DNA of 64,000 nt from an uncultured Spirochaetota bacterium. GTDB lineage: Bacteria; Spirochaetota; Brevinematia; Brevinematales; JAOACQ01. The DNA lies in contig CAVYGN010000002.1 in NCBI GenBank assembly GCA_963768055.1, forward strand, positions 960,001 through 1,024,000. The letters run 5' to 3'. The notes beneath the pieces were generated by a model. That model ran no database searches. It was not told where the DNA came from and worked only from the letters and a program-made list of their open reading frames with translations. A program made the translations under genes and the position numbers. Below, piece after piece: positions 45,616-57,449 of this stretch (the stretch's first letter is position 1; each line of letters opens with the position of its first letter).

Positions 45616-48600
45616 ATGCCCAAAAGGACTGACATACATAAAATTCTTATAATCGGTGCAGGTCCGATCGTAATCGGCCAGGCTTGCGAATTCGATTATT
45701 CAGGTACCCAGGCCTGCAAAGCTCTTTGTGAAGAAGGTTTTGAGGTTGTTCTCATCAATTCAAATCCCGCGACAATAATGACAGACCCTGAAATGGCCGA
45801 CAGGACTTATATTGAACCGATAACCATCGAATATCTTGAAAAAATTATCGAGCATGAACGCCCTGACGCCTTATTGCCCACTCTGGGCGGTCAGACTGCC
45901 CTCAACGCTGCTGTAAAGTTGTATGAAGCCGGGATCCTTGAAAAATACAAGGTTGAAATGATAGGAGCAAATTACGAGGCTATAAAAAAGGGAGAGGATA
46001 GGGAAGAATTCAACAAAGCTATGAAACGGATCGGTTTAAAGCTGCCGGAAAGCTGCGTGATACATACCATGGAGGAAGCCATCGCTTCGATAGACAGGAT
46101 CGGGTTTCCGAATGTTATCCGCCCGTCTTACACGCTTGGGGGGACAGGGGGCGGTATAGCTTACAACATAGACGAGTTTAAAGAGGTCGTGAAAAGAGGT
46201 CTTGACGCCAGCATTAAAAGCGAGGTGCAGATAGATAAATCCCTTCTGGGCTGGAAGGAATTCGAACTTGAGGTAATGAGGGACAAAAAAGACAATGTGG
46301 TTATTGTCTGCTCCATTGAAAACTTCGATCCCATGGGAGTTCATACGGGGGATTCAATTACCGTTGCTCCAGCTCAAACATTGACTGACAAAGAATATCA
46401 GAAACTGAGGGATTATTCCATAGCAATAATAAGGGAGATCGGCGTAGATACCGGGGGATCCAATATACAATTCGCAGTTAATCCGATGGACGGCGAGGTG
46501 ATAGTTATAGAAATGAATCCAAGGGTTTCCAGGAGTTCCGCTCTTGCTTCGAAAGCGACGGGTTTTCCTATTGCTAAATTTGCGGCAAAACTTTCAATCG
46601 GATATACGCTGGACGAGATACCCAACGATATAACCAAAGAAACCCCGGCTTCGTTCGAGCCGACGCTTGATTATGTAGTAGTTAAAATCCCCAGGTTTAA
46701 TTTTGAAAAATTCAAGGAAACGAAACCTTATCTTGGAACACAGATGAAATCTGTCGGAGAAGTAATGTCGATCGGCAGGACGTTTAAGGAAGCGCTCCAG
46801 AAGGGCCTTCGTTCGCTGGAAAACAAATATACCGGTTTAAACGATTTCATGTTCGGCAAAGAGGGATTTACACCCGCCGAATTCAGGAAGATGCTTATCG
46901 AAAAACTGAGGATTCCTAATCCTGAAAGGATCCTTATTATCAAAGATGCATTGAAAACAGGGTTTTCCATCGATGAAATCCATGAAATCTCTAAGATAGA
47001 CCGCTGGTTTTTACATAATATCAGTGAGATCATTGAAAAGGAGAAAGAGATCGCCGGCAGGGAACTTGCAAGTTTAGATAGGGATGAAATGAAGGAGATA
47101 AAACAATTCGGCTTTTCCGATATGCAGCTCTCAATGATTTTGAATCATAATCCTCTAGAAAAAGATGTCAGGGCATTTAGAAAATCCGTCGGTGTAGAGC
47201 CGACATACAAACTCGTGGATACATGCGCAGCGGAATTTCAGGCAAAAACGCCTTATTTTTATTCGACATATGAAGACGAAGACGAAGCGGATCCCGATAG
47301 CAGTAAAAAGGTCATGATCCTTGGCAGCGGGCCTAACAGGATAGGGCAGGGCATCGAGTTTGATTACGCTTGTGTTCATTGTTCAATGGCTTTGAGGAAA
47401 GAAGGTTATGAAACTATTATGGTCAATTCGAACCCTGAAACGGTATCGACCGATTACGATATATCGGATAAACTCTATTTTGAGCCTTTGACATTTGAAG
47501 ATGTCATGAACATTTATGAAAAGGAAAAGCCTATAGGAGTTGTGCTTCAGTTCGGAGGCCAGACCCCGCTAAAATTGGCAATTCCACTTACAGAAGCGGG
47601 TGTTCCCATCCTGGGAACATCGTCTGAATCGATAGACATCGCAGAAGACCGGGACCGTTTTCATGACCTTATAGAAGATCTCGGATTCAAGCAGCCCCCC
47701 TCTTCGACGGCTGAAAATATCAAAGAGGCCCTTGTAATAGCCGACAGAGTCGGTTATCCTATTCTTGCCAGGCCCTCCTATGTTCTGGGCGGCAGGGCCA
47801 TGCTCATAGTTTACTCCAGGGAAGATCTTGAAAAGTACATGAAAGAAGAAGCCGAATCGCTGAAGGATGGTCCTGTTCTTATAGATAAATTTCTTGAAAA
47901 TGCCCAGGAAATCGACGTAGACGCGATAGGGGACGGCGAAAATGTCATAGTTGCAGGAATAATGCAGCATATCGAGGAAGCCGGCATACATTCGGGGGAT
48001 AGCGCGATGATTCTTCCGCCCCTGACTATCGACAAAAAAATCCTGCTTGAGATCGAGAGGCAGTCTATCACGGTCGGTAAAGCTCTTCATGTAAAGGGCC
48101 TTATGAATATCCAATTTGCGATAAAAGATTCTGAAATATATTTCATTGAGGTAAATCCGAGGGCTTCAAGGACCGTTCCTTTTGTCAGCAAGGCAACCGG
48201 GGTGCAGTGGGCAAAAATGGCGGCTCTGACGATGGTGGGCCATACCCTGAAGGACCTCGGAATTATGAAATACAGGGAACCGAAATATATTTCAGTAAAA
48301 GAGGTTGTTATACCTTTCAACAAATTTCCCGATGTAGACGCGGTCCTGGGCCCTGAAATGAAATCAACCGGGGAAGTCATGGGCGTCGATCAGGATTTCG
48401 GAACCGCTTTCCTGAAATCCCAGCAGGCTGCCGGGCAGAAATTCCCTAAATCCGGTTCGATACTTGTCACCGTAAACGATCTTAACAAATCCGGTATTTT
48501 AGCACCCGTAAAGAAATTGAAAAATCTTGGGTATAACTTTATCTGCACCGAAGGTACCGCCAACTTCCTTAATGATAACGGGATAGAATGCAGGACTGTT

Positions 48601-48855
48601 TTTAAATTGTCGGAAGGCCGCCCTAACATAATCGATGAAATAAAAAACGGCGGCATTCAGATAATATTCAATACACCCGCTGGCAAGGAAGCGCATACCG
48701 ACGATACGTACATCCGTAAAACCGCTATAACGCTCCAGATCCCGTTGTTTACAACGATCCAGGCAATGCTGGCGCTTGCTGAAGCGCTTGAATCCCTTCA
48801 TCATAAAGGGCCGGATGTCCGCCCTCTGCAGGAATATTATAAATTCGAGCAGTAA
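45616..48855 (+). CDS. carB: Carbamoyl-phosphate synthase large subunit
   Basis: [20 protein letters not shown], two ATP-grasp halves (EMNPR, EVNPR), C-terminal MGS domain. Confidence 0.99.
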   Translation: MPKRTDIHKILIIGAGPIVIGQACEFDYSGTQACKALCEEGFEVVLINSNPATIMTDPEMADRTYIEPITIEYLEKIIEHERPDALLPTLGGQTALNAAVKLYEAGILEKYKVEMIGANYEAIKKGEDREEFNKAMKRIGLKLPESCVIHTMEEAIASIDRIGFPNVIRPSYTLGGTGGGIAYNIDEFKEVVKRGLDASIKSEVQIDKSLLGWKEFELEVMRDKKDNVVIVCSIENFDPMGVHTGDSITVAPAQTLTDKEYQKLRDYSIAIIREIGVDTGGSNIQFAVNPMDGEVIVIEMNPRVSRSSALASKATGFPIAKFAAKLSIGYTLDEIPNDITKETPASFEPTLDYVVVKIPRFNFEKFKETKPYLGTQMKSVGEVMSIGRTFKEALQKGLRSLENKYTGLNDFMFGKEGFTPAEFRKMLIEKLRIPNPERILIIKDALKTGFSIDEIHEISKIDRWFLHNISEIIEKEKEIAGRELASLDRDEMKEIKQFGFSDMQLSMILNHNPLEKDVRAFRKSVGVEPTYKLVDTCAAEFQAKTPYFYSTYEDEDEADPDSSKKVMILGSGPNRIGQGIEFDYACVHCSMALRKEGYETIMVNSNPETVSTDYDISDKLYFEPLTFEDVMNIYEKEKPIGVVLQFGGQTPLKLAIPLTEAGVPILGTSSESIDIAEDRDRFHDLIEDLGFKQPPSSTAENIKEALVIADRVGYPILARPSYVLGGRAMLIVYSREDLEKYMKEEAESLKDGPVLIDKFLENAQEIDVDAIGDGENVIVAGIMQHIEEAGIHSGDSAMILPPLTIDKKILLEIERQSITVGKALHVKGLMNIQFAIKDSEIYFIEVNPRASRTVPFVSKATGVQWAKMAALTMVGHTLKDLGIMKYREPKYISVKEVVIPFNKFPDVDAVLGPEMKSTGEVMGVDQDFGTAFLKSQQAAGQKFPKSGSILVTVNDLNKSGILAPVKKLKNLGYNFICTEGTANFLNDNGIECRTVFKLSEGRPNIIDEIKNGGIQIIFNTPAGKEAHTDDTYIRKTAITLQIPLFTTIQAMLALAEALESLHHKGPDVRPLQEYYKFEQ

Positions 48856-48877
48856 ATAAAGAAAGGGGCTTTGACCT

Positions 48878-50470
48878 ATGAAGAAGATCCTTACAGCCGC
48901 CTTGTTTTTAATAATCGCCGGCAATGCTTATCCCGACCTTACCAAGGATTTGATTGTAGGTATTTCTAAGGGAAAGCTGAAAGATGTTCAAAAAATTGTG
49001 GAAAAAGGCGCAAATGTCAACGATCATCTTTACAGGGACAGGACTCCCCTGCATTGGGCGGTACTGCGGGCAGACATAAAAATTGCCTCTTATCTTATTT
49101 CGAAGGGTGCGGATGTAAATGCCAGGGATAAAAACCTGGTAACCCCTCTGGAATACTGCTCCCTTTTAAAAAACCTCGACATGGTAAAACTCCTGGTAAT
49201 GAAAGGGGCAGATGTAAATCTTTATGATAAATACGGCTGGACGGCTATGCATTACTTTACCTTTTATGACGACGATCTGGGGGTCAAGTATCTAATTGTC
49301 CAGGGGGCTTCGATAACAAACCGTTCATTCCAGAGTTTTATGGATATTAATGAAAAATCCACTCCCCTTGATATTGCCGTAAAGAAGGATTATTCGAATA
49401 TAATAACTACCCTTCTTAACCCGGATAAATATCTCCGCCTGTCCAACAGGCCCATATTAACGGTGGCATGCGAGAAAAATTTGGGGCCGGATAATGTCTT
49501 GATGTCTCCGAAAAAAGGCTCTCTCTCATTCTCCATTGAGAACAAAGGCGGGTCTGAGTCAGTGGACCTTTCCATTGAGATAGAAGGCGTATCCAATTAT
49601 GACGGAGTATCCTTTGACAATCCTCCTGTTTTTAACGTGGGAAGCGGGGAAAAATATGATTTTACGCTAAATGTAGAAGCGCAAAGGGATGTAAAGGAGG
49701 GTACAGCATTATTCAGGTTTTATGCCCATGAAACGAATTCTTTCATTAAAAGCGATCCCATAATGATTGAAATTCCGAAGAGGCCGGCCCTTCCCCCCTT
49801 ATTTCAATTAACCGCCGAATTGCCTGAAAATAACGCGGGGTTCCATGCCCGCTTAAGCAATTTGATCAGGGTAAATCTCCAGAACAAAGGTAAAGGCTAC
49901 TCTGAAAACAACGACATTAAAATCCTGGCGAAAACAGGCTGTGAAGAAATATCCTTTACTCCCGGGATCAGCAATATAGACATCGGCCCCGATGAGACCA
50001 AAACATTCGAACTGACGGCTGAAGCCTCTGATAATCTAAAGGACGGGAATGCCGAATTTCTGATCATCGCTGAAGATAATGATTTTCTGATATCTGCGAC
50101 AAACCTGGTAGCCGCAGCTACTTTCCATCTGCCAAGGCCTTCGTTAAAAGCTTACTTTCAAATAAATACCTCTCTTAATACTAATTTTATTATCAGGGTT
50201 GATAATGACGGGGAGGCCGCCGCCAGTAACCTTGAACTGGACCTTAGGGTTTTCGACGGCGGAAATAACAGTGCGAATACCAACGAACTTCAGCTGTTCC
50301 ATTACAGCATTAAGGAGATCGGAACCAACGATTACATGCTCCTGAAATTACCCTCTGTATTGACAAATTATTTAGATTTTGATAATTATATCTGGAATTT
50401 ATCAGGTTATGACGGGGAAAAGCTTTCAAGTATTAGTACGAATCTTGGAAGCGATACTGCTAAAAACTGA
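48878..50470 (+). CDS. Secreted ankyrin-repeat protein with C-terminal Ig-like beta domains
   Basis: Signal peptide; TPLH/GADVN repeats; repeated 'I.N.G...' beta modules. Confidence 0.85.
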   Translation: MKKILTAALFLIIAGNAYPDLTKDLIVGISKGKLKDVQKIVEKGANVNDHLYRDRTPLHWAVLRADIKIASYLISKGADVNARDKNLVTPLEYCSLLKNLDMVKLLVMKGADVNLYDKYGWTAMHYFTFYDDDLGVKYLIVQGASITNRSFQSFMDINEKSTPLDIAVKKDYSNIITTLLNPDKYLRLSNRPILTVACEKNLGPDNVLMSPKKGSLSFSIENKGGSESVDLSIEIEGVSNYDGVSFDNPPVFNVGSGEKYDFTLNVEAQRDVKEGTALFRFYAHETNSFIKSDPIMIEIPKRPALPPLFQLTAELPENNAGFHARLSNLIRVNLQNKGKGYSENNDIKILAKTGCEEISFTPGISNIDIGPDETKTFELTAEASDNLKDGNAEFLIIAEDNDFLISATNLVAAATFHLPRPSLKAYFQINTSLNTNFIIRVDNDGEAAASNLELDLRVFDGGNNSANTNELQLFHYSIKEIGTNDYMLLKLPSVLTNYLDFDNYIWNLSGYDGEKLSSISTNLGSDTAKN

Positions 50471-51347
50471 CTGTATATTTTTTTATCAGTCTAAAGGGCG
50501 AGTAACTGAGCTTCGCCTTTCTTAAACCTTCGACGCCCATATCCTGCTCTCTGTTGACATAAGGGTATATAGGGAATACTTCGTTCTGAATAAAAAGCTG
50601 GTTTATTATCTGGTAACTTCCTATAAATTCCAGATCCGCTTTTTCAAAGTGAACCACGAATGTGGTATCGTTCAGCCTTTCGCCGAAGGCAAACGCCGCA
50701 AGCCGGTCTTTTACGAATATAAGGCCCCCGGTCAGGGTATCGGAAAGGCTGCTGAAATTAGATAAGAATTCCCTGAATGAAAAATATTCGTCGTTAATAT
50801 TCTTGTCCATCAGGTGTTTTTCACCCAGCCAAATCTCGTAAAGTTCTAGGCACTGGCTTTTAAATCCGTCATCATAGCAGACATACTCGTAAGAATAATT
50901 CTGTATGAATTTTTTTATGAAGCCTCTTTTACCGTCAAGGCGCCACCCCTTTAGAGAGGCAAGAGACGATGATTTATAGATATAATCGAAGCTGTTCCTG
51001 TCAGGTATGATCCTGCAGGGTTGGCCTTTCAAATATTTCTTCTGGAATTCGGGCAAAAGCTCAATAAGGCGTATATCGTTTTGCTTTCCATATTCAATCA
51101 AAAATTCAAGTACCACTTTACAGTTCTCAAAACCGATCGGGGGCAGAAAATAGCTCCTCCCCTCCCTGTCCAGGGCAGTCATAATAAGCCCGCCCTCGTA
51201 TATTGCGTAACGGATGTCCCTGGGTTTAGACCAGATGAAAAGGTTGGTGAATGTATATTCCGATATTTTGGGCAGATATGAGTTGAAGTAATGATCGAAG
51301 ACATGCTTATCTTCAATGCTTATTTTTTTAAATTCAAGGGAGTTCAT
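50460..51347 (-). CDS. DUF2156 / aminoacyl-phosphatidylglycerol transferase-domain protein
   Basis: SEYTFTNLFIW, DRNSFDYIY, VHFEKAD, VNREQDMG.EGLRKAKLSY.P. Confidence 0.88.
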   Translation of the reverse strand: MNSLEFKKISIEDKHVFDHYFNSYLPKISEYTFTNLFIWSKPRDIRYAIYEGGLIMTALDREGRSYFLPPIGFENCKVVLEFLIEYGKQNDIRLIELLPEFQKKYLKGQPCRIIPDRNSFDYIYKSSSLASLKGWRLDGKRGFIKKFIQNYSYEYVCYDDGFKSQCLELYEIWLGEKHLMDKNINDEYFSFREFLSNFSSLSDTLTGGLIFVKDRLAAFAFGERLNDTTFVVHFEKADLEFIGSYQIINQLFIQNEVFPIYPYVNREQDMGVEGLRKAKLSYSPFRLIKKYTVSF

Positions 51348-51670
51348 TCCTTCTCCTTAAGGGTTTTATTTATCCATTCAAGATAATCGCCGGAACCTCC
51401 CGCGATATCTCTCGAGATTATCTCCGGCACTTCGTAAGGGTGCATTTTCTTTACTGATTTTTCAATTCTATCAAGGAATTCGATCCGGGTTTTTATAGTA
51501 AGGGTCCATTCAATTGAATTTTCTTTTTTCCCTTTCCACCAGTAAAGGCTTTTTACAGGCCCGCCTATCTGGACACAGGCGGCCAATTTTGAATTCAGAA
51601 GTTCATCTGCAATTTTCAATGCCTTATTTTTATTATCGATTGTGACAAAGGCTTCAATAAAACCGGACAT
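51344..51670 (-). CDS. cutA: Divalent-cation tolerance protein CutA
   Basis: LAACVQ, S.YWW.G, HPYEVPEII, YL.WI. Confidence 0.95.
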   Translation of the reverse strand: MSGFIEAFVTIDNKNKALKIADELLNSKLAACVQIGGPVKSLYWWKGKKENSIEWTLTIKTRIEFLDRIEKSVKKMHPYEVPEIISRDIAGGSGDYLEWINKTLKEKE

Positions 51671-51686
51671 AGCACCCCCGATTCGC

Positions 51687-52631
51687 TCAAATATAATAAC
51701 CCCCGCTCTTTTTTAAAATACCTGCATAGAAATTGACCCCTTCTTCAAGGGAGGTAAATTTACCGGAGTAACCGGATTTTCTTAGCAGGGTAAGGTCCGC
51801 CCTTGTGAAAGCCTGGTATTTTCCTTTTAAGTTTTCAGGGAATGGGATAAACTCCAGGTTGCTATCTGAAAACGAGGTTTTCATAATATTGGCTATCTTG
51901 AGGAAACTTTCAGCGTTTCCGGTCCCGCAGTTGAATATTCCATTCTTTGACGGATTTTTTAAAAAAAACAGGTTAACTTCGACAACATCGCCGACGAAAA
52001 TAAAATCTCTTAAGAATCCATCGCTGCCTTCGAAAAGCCTCATTTTTCCTTCTGTTTGAATTTCCTCGTAAAAATGACAGATCACGCTGGACATTTTGCC
52101 TTTATGGTTTTCCTGAGGACCGTAGACATTAAAATAACGAAGGCCGACTACCTGTGTTCTGATCCCCGGAAGAATCTTCCTGACATATTGATCGAAAAGA
52201 TACTTGGAAAAAGCATAAATATTAAGGGGATATTCGCAGCGGCGCTCTTCGTTAAAACCCCTTGACCCGTCTCCATAAACGGAGGCTGAAGAGGCGTAAA
52301 TAAAGGGTATTTTATTATCAAGACAAAAATGAAGCAGTTTTTTTGAATAGCCGTAATTGTTATCCATCATATAGCGGCCATCTTTTTCCATGGTATCGGA
52401 ACAGGCCCCCAGGTGGAAAACCGCTTTAATTCCCGATTTATTAAAACTGTCAAGAGTAGAAATAAAATCCAGCCTGTCGATATAATCTGAAAAATAGAGA
52501 CTGTTCAGGTTTTTGTGTTTTTCACCGTTTAAAAGGTCGTCAACTATAAGGATATCGTTTTCCGATATCGCGTTAAGCCCTTTAACCAGATTACTGCCTA
52601 TGAACCCGGCCCCTCCAGTTACTACGATCAT
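51687..52631 (-). CDS. hldD: ADP-L-glycero-D-manno-heptose 6-epimerase
   Basis: TGGAGFIGSN, HLGACSDT, YASSASVYG, LRYFNVYGP.E.HKG.MSS, KGKYQ.FT.AD. Confidence 0.95.
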   Translation of the reverse strand: MIVVTGGAGFIGSNLVKGLNAISENDILIVDDLLNGEKHKNLNSLYFSDYIDRLDFISTLDSFNKSGIKAVFHLGACSDTMEKDGRYMMDNNYGYSKKLLHFCLDNKIPFIYASSASVYGDGSRGFNEERRCEYPLNIYAFSKYLFDQYVRKILPGIRTQVVGLRYFNVYGPQENHKGKMSSVICHFYEEIQTEGKMRLFEGSDGFLRDFIFVGDVVEVNLFFLKNPSKNGIFNCGTGNAESFLKIANIMKTSFSDSNLEFIPFPENLKGKYQAFTRADLTLLRKSGYSGKFTSLEEGVNFYAGILKKSGGYYI

Positions 52632-54046
52632 ATTTTTTCCGCTCCCATTTTTTTTATAGTCGCCGTTGTCGAGTATCCTTCCAGGTATGGAATTACGGCT
52701 GTTCTTCCGGCGAATTTCCTACCGACGATTTCCTCTTCCTTGTAATCGCCGCCCTTGACAAGAATGTCCGGTCTGATTGTGCGGATAAGGTCCAGAGGGG
52801 TCTTTTCGCTGAAAAGGACAATATAATCGATAAATTCCAGGGCCGATAAAACCTCTGCGCGGTCCCTTTCATTGTTAAACGGTCTGCCCGTGCCCTTGTT
52901 CAGCCCGATGGAAGAATCGGTGTTCAGCCCGATTATGAGCGAGTCGCCCATCTCTTTGGCTTTACGGAGATATTCGATATGGCCTCTGTGTATAATGTCG
53001 AAGCAACCGTTTGTGAAAACTATAGTCTTGCCTTCCTTTTTAAGGCTTTCGGCAACAGCGCCGATTCTATCCATCCCGACGATCTTGCCTTCCTCCCTAT
53101 CTTCGAAAGAATTCAACAGTTCATCCTTCTCTATCGGGTTGGTTCCGAATTTTCCGATGACTATACCCGCGGCTTTATTGGAAAGTTTGACTGCATCCAG
53201 GAGGTCCATTCCGCCGGCTATTCCAAGAGTGACTGTCGCTATAGCGGTATCCCCGGCCCCGGAAACATCGTAAACTTTCCTTGCCTCAGTCTGGATATGA
53301 AAAGCGTCTTTTTTTCCGATAAGGCTCATGCCTTTTTCAGACCTTGTGACCAGAAGGCAACCGAAGGAATATTTTCTCAATATTTCCCTTCCGCATTCCT
53401 CGATTTCAGAGTCCTCGTTTTTGATGTCTGCCGAACAAATTTCGCTCAGTTCTTTTAAATTCGGGCTTATTATAAATGCACCGGAATACTTGCGCCAATC
53501 ACTGCCTTTAGGGTCTATTATTACACGCTTATTGTGCCTGTCGGCAAGGCTGATGGCGCCTCTGCAGAGAGAATCGGAACAAAATCCTTTGGCGTAATCG
53601 GAAATAATAACCGCGCTGGACCTGTCAAGGGATTGTTCAACAAGCTCAAGCGCCTGTTCTGCAGTCTTTTCATTTATTTCGGCCCGTTTTTCAAAATCCA
53701 GCCTGACAATCTGCTGGTGTTCGCCGATGACCCGCATTTTTGTTACTGTAGGGCCCTCAGTTTTTATAAGGCTGCTCGCCATTTTCTTTTTTCTTAAAAT
53801 TTCAGAAAGCATTTTTCCGTTCTGATCGCCGCCTATAGTACCAATTAATATAGGCAAAGCCCCCAGCCGGGATATATTATAAGCCACATTGGCCGCACCG
53901 CCGGGAGTGTAAACGCAGTCTTCAACTTTGACGACCGGGACAGGGGCTTCAGGGGAAATCCGGCTGACCCGCCCGTAGTAATATTGATCAAGCATCACGT
54001 CTCCGATCACAAGTATGGCCGTTCCGGTAAAATCGGGTATTTTCAT
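52628..54046 (-). CDS. hldE: Bifunctional heptose-7-P kinase / heptose-1-P adenylyltransferase
   Basis: GDVMLD, RISPEAPVP, ISDYAKG, DVSGAGDT; FTNGCFDIIH.GH, VKGGDY. Confidence 0.96.
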   Translation of the reverse strand: MKIPDFTGTAILVIGDVMLDQYYYGRVSRISPEAPVPVVKVEDCVYTPGGAANVAYNISRLGALPILIGTIGGDQNGKMLSEILRKKKMASSLIKTEGPTVTKMRVIGEHQQIVRLDFEKRAEINEKTAEQALELVEQSLDRSSAVIISDYAKGFCSDSLCRGAISLADRHNKRVIIDPKGSDWRKYSGAFIISPNLKELSEICSADIKNEDSEIEECGREILRKYSFGCLLVTRSEKGMSLIGKKDAFHIQTEARKVYDVSGAGDTAIATVTLGIAGGMDLLDAVKLSNKAAGIVIGKFGTNPIEKDELLNSFEDREEGKIVGMDRIGAVAESLKKEGKTIVFTNGCFDIIHRGHIEYLRKAKEMGDSLIIGLNTDSSIGLNKGTGRPFNNERDRAEVLSALEFIDYIVLFSEKTPLDLIRTIRPDILVKGGDYKEEEIVGRKFAGRTAVIPYLEGYSTTATIKKMGAEKI

Positions 54047-54103
54047 CTATTTTCCCGCTTATTATAGACTCGAAAGAATTATAATAACCTGACCCGCCTT
54101 CTG

Positions 54104-55243
54104 TCAAATTATTAATTCGGAGAGAATATTGACATTAAAATCCATGCATGTCATATCATCACACCCTGTTTCGCATGGTTCGCATGGCCTGTCGAGAGAG
54201 AGTATGTTAATATTTCTCCCCAGGGGACGCCATTGATTATGGTCGCCCATCCCGCAGAAAAACACTATTGTTTTAACGCCGCTCCAACCCGCTATATGCG
54301 AACTCAGGCTGTCAACGGTAATGATCATTGAGGATTTTTTAAAAAACAGGGCCAGTCGTGGGATAGTCCATATACCGGCGGAGATAAACGCGGAGTTTGA
54401 AGCTATATCCTTTAACAGCCACGCCTCCCCGGCGCTCCCTGTCAGAATTACTTTGTAGCCTTTCAACATAAGTATCTTGATCACGTTTTTCCATTGATCC
54501 TTTGTAAGTGTCTTTTTCATAATGCCGGCTCCGGGGTGCACTATAGCTGTTTTATCAAATGATGAAAAATTCTCTTTCCAATAAGAATCAACTGAGGTTT
54601 CATCCTCAACGGAAGGGTAGATTCCGTAAGAAAGGTCTTCCGGTTCTGCGGCTATACCCAGAGGGCGGAGGACCTCGAGGAAATGGCTTGTTTCATGCAG
54701 ACCCTTTTCCCAGCCTGCTTCAAAAGAGAGCAGGGGTCCGAAACCGGCGGTGCCATGACCGATAGAGTATGCAATTTTACCCAGGAGGGCAAGGTAAATC
54801 ATATTTCCGCGCCTGGAGCGCATAAAAAGACCGAGGTCGTATTTCTCCCTTCTGATCTTACGCAGAGCAGGAAAAAGAGTATTGAAATAAATCAAAATTT
54901 TTTTTATCCTTCCCGGTGTTTCTCTGTTCGTGGATGAATTATTGATTATATATATTTTGCGGATATGAGGATTGTTTTCAAGGACAGTCATTGACCAGGC
55001 GCCGCAAACAATGTCTATAATCGCATCGGGAAATCTATTGCTGATAAGGCCTAAAACGCTTGTAAGAAGGAGCATATCGCCCATATGATCGGGTTTTATA
55101 ATGAGGATTTTCAGAATCCTCGACGGCATACTTTTCTTTTTACGGAAGGAAAATGCCTTCAAGACTGTGTCGATAATGGTTAAAATGAGCCTGTTGCTCT
55201 TTTTTTTTGATAAGTAATGAGTATTCCGGCATGTGCAGTTCAT
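54104..55243 (-). CDS. Glycosyltransferase family 9 (heptosyltransferase-like)
   Basis: KILIIKPDHMGD.LL, HPGAG, TVDS...HIA, C.PC...C....CM. Confidence 0.9.
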   Translation of the reverse strand: MNCTCRNTHYLSKKKSNRLILTIIDTVLKAFSFRKKKSMPSRILKILIIKPDHMGDMLLLTSVLGLISNRFPDAIIDIVCGAWSMTVLENNPHIRKIYIINNSSTNRETPGRIKKILIYFNTLFPALRKIRREKYDLGLFMRSRRGNMIYLALLGKIAYSIGHGTAGFGPLLSFEAGWEKGLHETSHFLEVLRPLGIAAEPEDLSYGIYPSVEDETSVDSYWKENFSSFDKTAIVHPGAGIMKKTLTKDQWKNVIKILMLKGYKVILTGSAGEAWLLKDIASNSAFISAGIWTIPRLALFFKKSSMIITVDSLSSHIAGWSGVKTIVFFCGMGDHNQWRPLGRNINILSLDRPCEPCETGCDDMTCMDFNVNILSELII

Positions 55244-55490
55244 AATTTTTGAAGCTCCGATATTATAAGACGGATTTTATATTAGCATAAAATCGGGCAT
55301 AGGTAAAATTTTACGATTATTATCATTAATCCGGGCTGCTTCGCCTGTAGATAAAGTTTATTTAATATCTTTTATGTGCTATAATATCCGGATCATTATT
55401 GAGATTGCCATAGGTTCGGGCACTGATATTATATCGGAATTATTCGGCAGTTGCAGTGAATAAATAATAAGGAATAAAAAGGAATAATGA

Positions 55491-56546
55491 ATGAAAATTG
55501 TACTAAGTTTATTAATCGCTGCTGAAATATCCGCGATAGCGGCGTGCCAGGGGAGAATATTCGGTGAAGACACTTTAACTTTAAAAGCTACGGGGGACAT
55601 AGTGCCTTACTCAAATTATCCCCCCGGAAAATTTGTCCGTCCGGCATCGATAACGAATCTGCTTGACGCCGCAATACCTTATTTAAGCGGCGCAGACATT
55701 GTAGTCGGAAATTTCGAAGGCCCCATCACCGTTTACCAGCACTCGAGCAAGGACATGACTAAGAGCAAATACCTTATAGCCTTCAGATATCCTCCCGTTG
55801 AAACCGAGGCCCTTATAAAAAGGGCAGGTTTTAATATTGCTCATATAGCCAATAATCATGACCTTGACTTCGGTATTGTCGGAATGGACAATACCATTAT
55901 GGCCTTCAAGAAGGTCGGGGTCGATTGTGTAGGCCTGAAAGATGAAATATTATATAAAAAGCTTAATAATATCAGGGTCGCTGTAATAGGTTTTAACTAT
56001 GTAGGATGGGTCTATAACAGCATGTATGAGACTGATAACGCTTTGAAGCTTGTCGGAGAAGCGAAAACGAATGCTGATATCGTAGTCATTACAGTGCATG
56101 CCGGGGGCGAAGGCGCCGACCACTGCCATGTCACGAAAAAAGAGGAGATTTTCCTTGGGGAACACAGAGGGGATATCTATAATTTCAGCCATAAAATGAT
56201 CGATGCCGGGGCCGACTGCGTTATAGCGTTCAGCCCCCATGTACTCAGGGGTATGGAGATGTACAGGGGACATGTTATTGCTTATTCCCTGGGAAATTTT
56301 ATAGGCTATGGCGGTGAATCGAACCGTGAAGGGGTCCTTGCGAATTCTGCAATTCTTGTACTGAACATGACCGGAACCGGTGAATTTTTATCGGGCAGGA
56401 TCATTCCTATGAGGATAAGTGAGAACGGCATCCCTGTATATGACGATAAATACAGGAGTGTGGCTTTCATCAAGGGATTATCGGATGAGGATTTTCCCGA
56501 ATCCGGGATGGAGATCGATACAAACGGCGAATTTGTAAAAAAGTAA
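55491..56546 (+). CDS. CapA/PgsA family protein (second paralog)
   Basis: ATGDI, GNFEG, ANNHDLDFG, HAGGEG, SPHV, YSLGNF. Confidence 0.9.
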   Translation: MKIVLSLLIAAEISAIAACQGRIFGEDTLTLKATGDIVPYSNYPPGKFVRPASITNLLDAAIPYLSGADIVVGNFEGPITVYQHSSKDMTKSKYLIAFRYPPVETEALIKRAGFNIAHIANNHDLDFGIVGMDNTIMAFKKVGVDCVGLKDEILYKKLNNIRVAVIGFNYVGWVYNSMYETDNALKLVGEAKTNADIVVITVHAGGEGADHCHVTKKEEIFLGEHRGDIYNFSHKMIDAGADCVIAFSPHVLRGMEMYRGHVIAYSLGNFIGYGGESNREGVLANSAILVLNMTGTGEFLSGRIIPMRISENGIPVYDDKYRSVAFIKGLSDEDFPESGMEIDTNGEFVKK

Positions 56547-56621
56547 GGTGTTTGCCATCGTGGCTGATTTTAACTATTTTCTTATTAAATATTCGCAAAG
56601 CGCCTTTTTACCGGAGGTATT

Positions 56622-57416
56622 ATGCATCATTTAGGGTTGAAACTCTATTCCACGAACATAAATTATGTTAAGCCGGCACAGGATTTGTTCGATAAGGGCC
56701 TTTATCAATACATAGAGCTTTATACCGTACCTGGTTCTTTAAGGGAATTCGTTAAAATCTGGAAAGACATGCAAATACCGTTCAATATACATGCGCCGCA
56801 TAATAATGACGGCCTTAATTTCGCTATAAAAGAAAATGAAAAAATCAATAAGGCTCTTGCTGCTGAAGCTCTCAGGTTCGCCGATGCTTTAAAGGCTTCG
56901 GTGATAATATTTCATCCCGGTGTGAACGGGGATATCCGGGAAACTGCGAGGCAGATTATAGCTATAAACGATGAAAGGATTATTGTCGAGAACAAGCCTT
57001 ATTACGGTAGCGGTGAAAAACTTATCTGCAACGGCTCTTCGCCCGAAGAAATTCTTTATGTTATGAACGAGACCGGCTCCGGTTTCTGTCTGGATTTCGG
57101 CCATGCTATTTGTTCCGCGAACGCGCGCGACTATAATCCGGTTGAATACCTTGAGCGTTTCATCGAATTGAAACCGCGGATTTATCATTTTACCGACGGC
57201 GACTACACAGGGTTGTATGACAGGCATGATCATTATGGCGAGGGAAGCTTCCCGCTTGAACGTCTTGCCGGTATGATACCCCGAGGTTCTTATATAACAA
57301 ATGAATCGGCCAAGAATTCCGATCAAAATCTGGATGATTTCGCGGCTGATATCGGAATACTCAAAGGCTTATTATTGGGGGAGGGAATAATTGATATTAT
57401 TGATAACTCATATTAA
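56622..57416 (+). CDS. TIM-barrel protein, xylose-isomerase/AP-endonuclease-2-like
   Basis: IHAPH, IFHPG, VEN.P, CLDFGHA, H.TDG, HDH. Confidence 0.8.
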   Translation: MHHLGLKLYSTNINYVKPAQDLFDKGLYQYIELYTVPGSLREFVKIWKDMQIPFNIHAPHNNDGLNFAIKENEKINKALAAEALRFADALKASVIIFHPGVNGDIRETARQIIAINDERIIVENKPYYGSGEKLICNGSSPEEILYVMNETGSGFCLDFGHAICSANARDYNPVEYLERFIELKPRIYHFTDGDYTGLYDRHDHYGEGSFPLERLAGMIPRGSYITNESAKNSDQNLDDFAADIGILKGLLLGEGIIDIIDNSY

Positions 57417-57449
57417 AATAATTGTTAAAATTATTTTTTGGAGTTTTTT

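Noticed and set aside
46036..48924. Several antisense ORFs within carB, and similar shadow ORFs in gatB, argS, glyA, hldE and the SPFH gene
   Set aside because: They overlap well-conserved genes almost entirely and have no recognisable motifs; expected shadows of codon bias.
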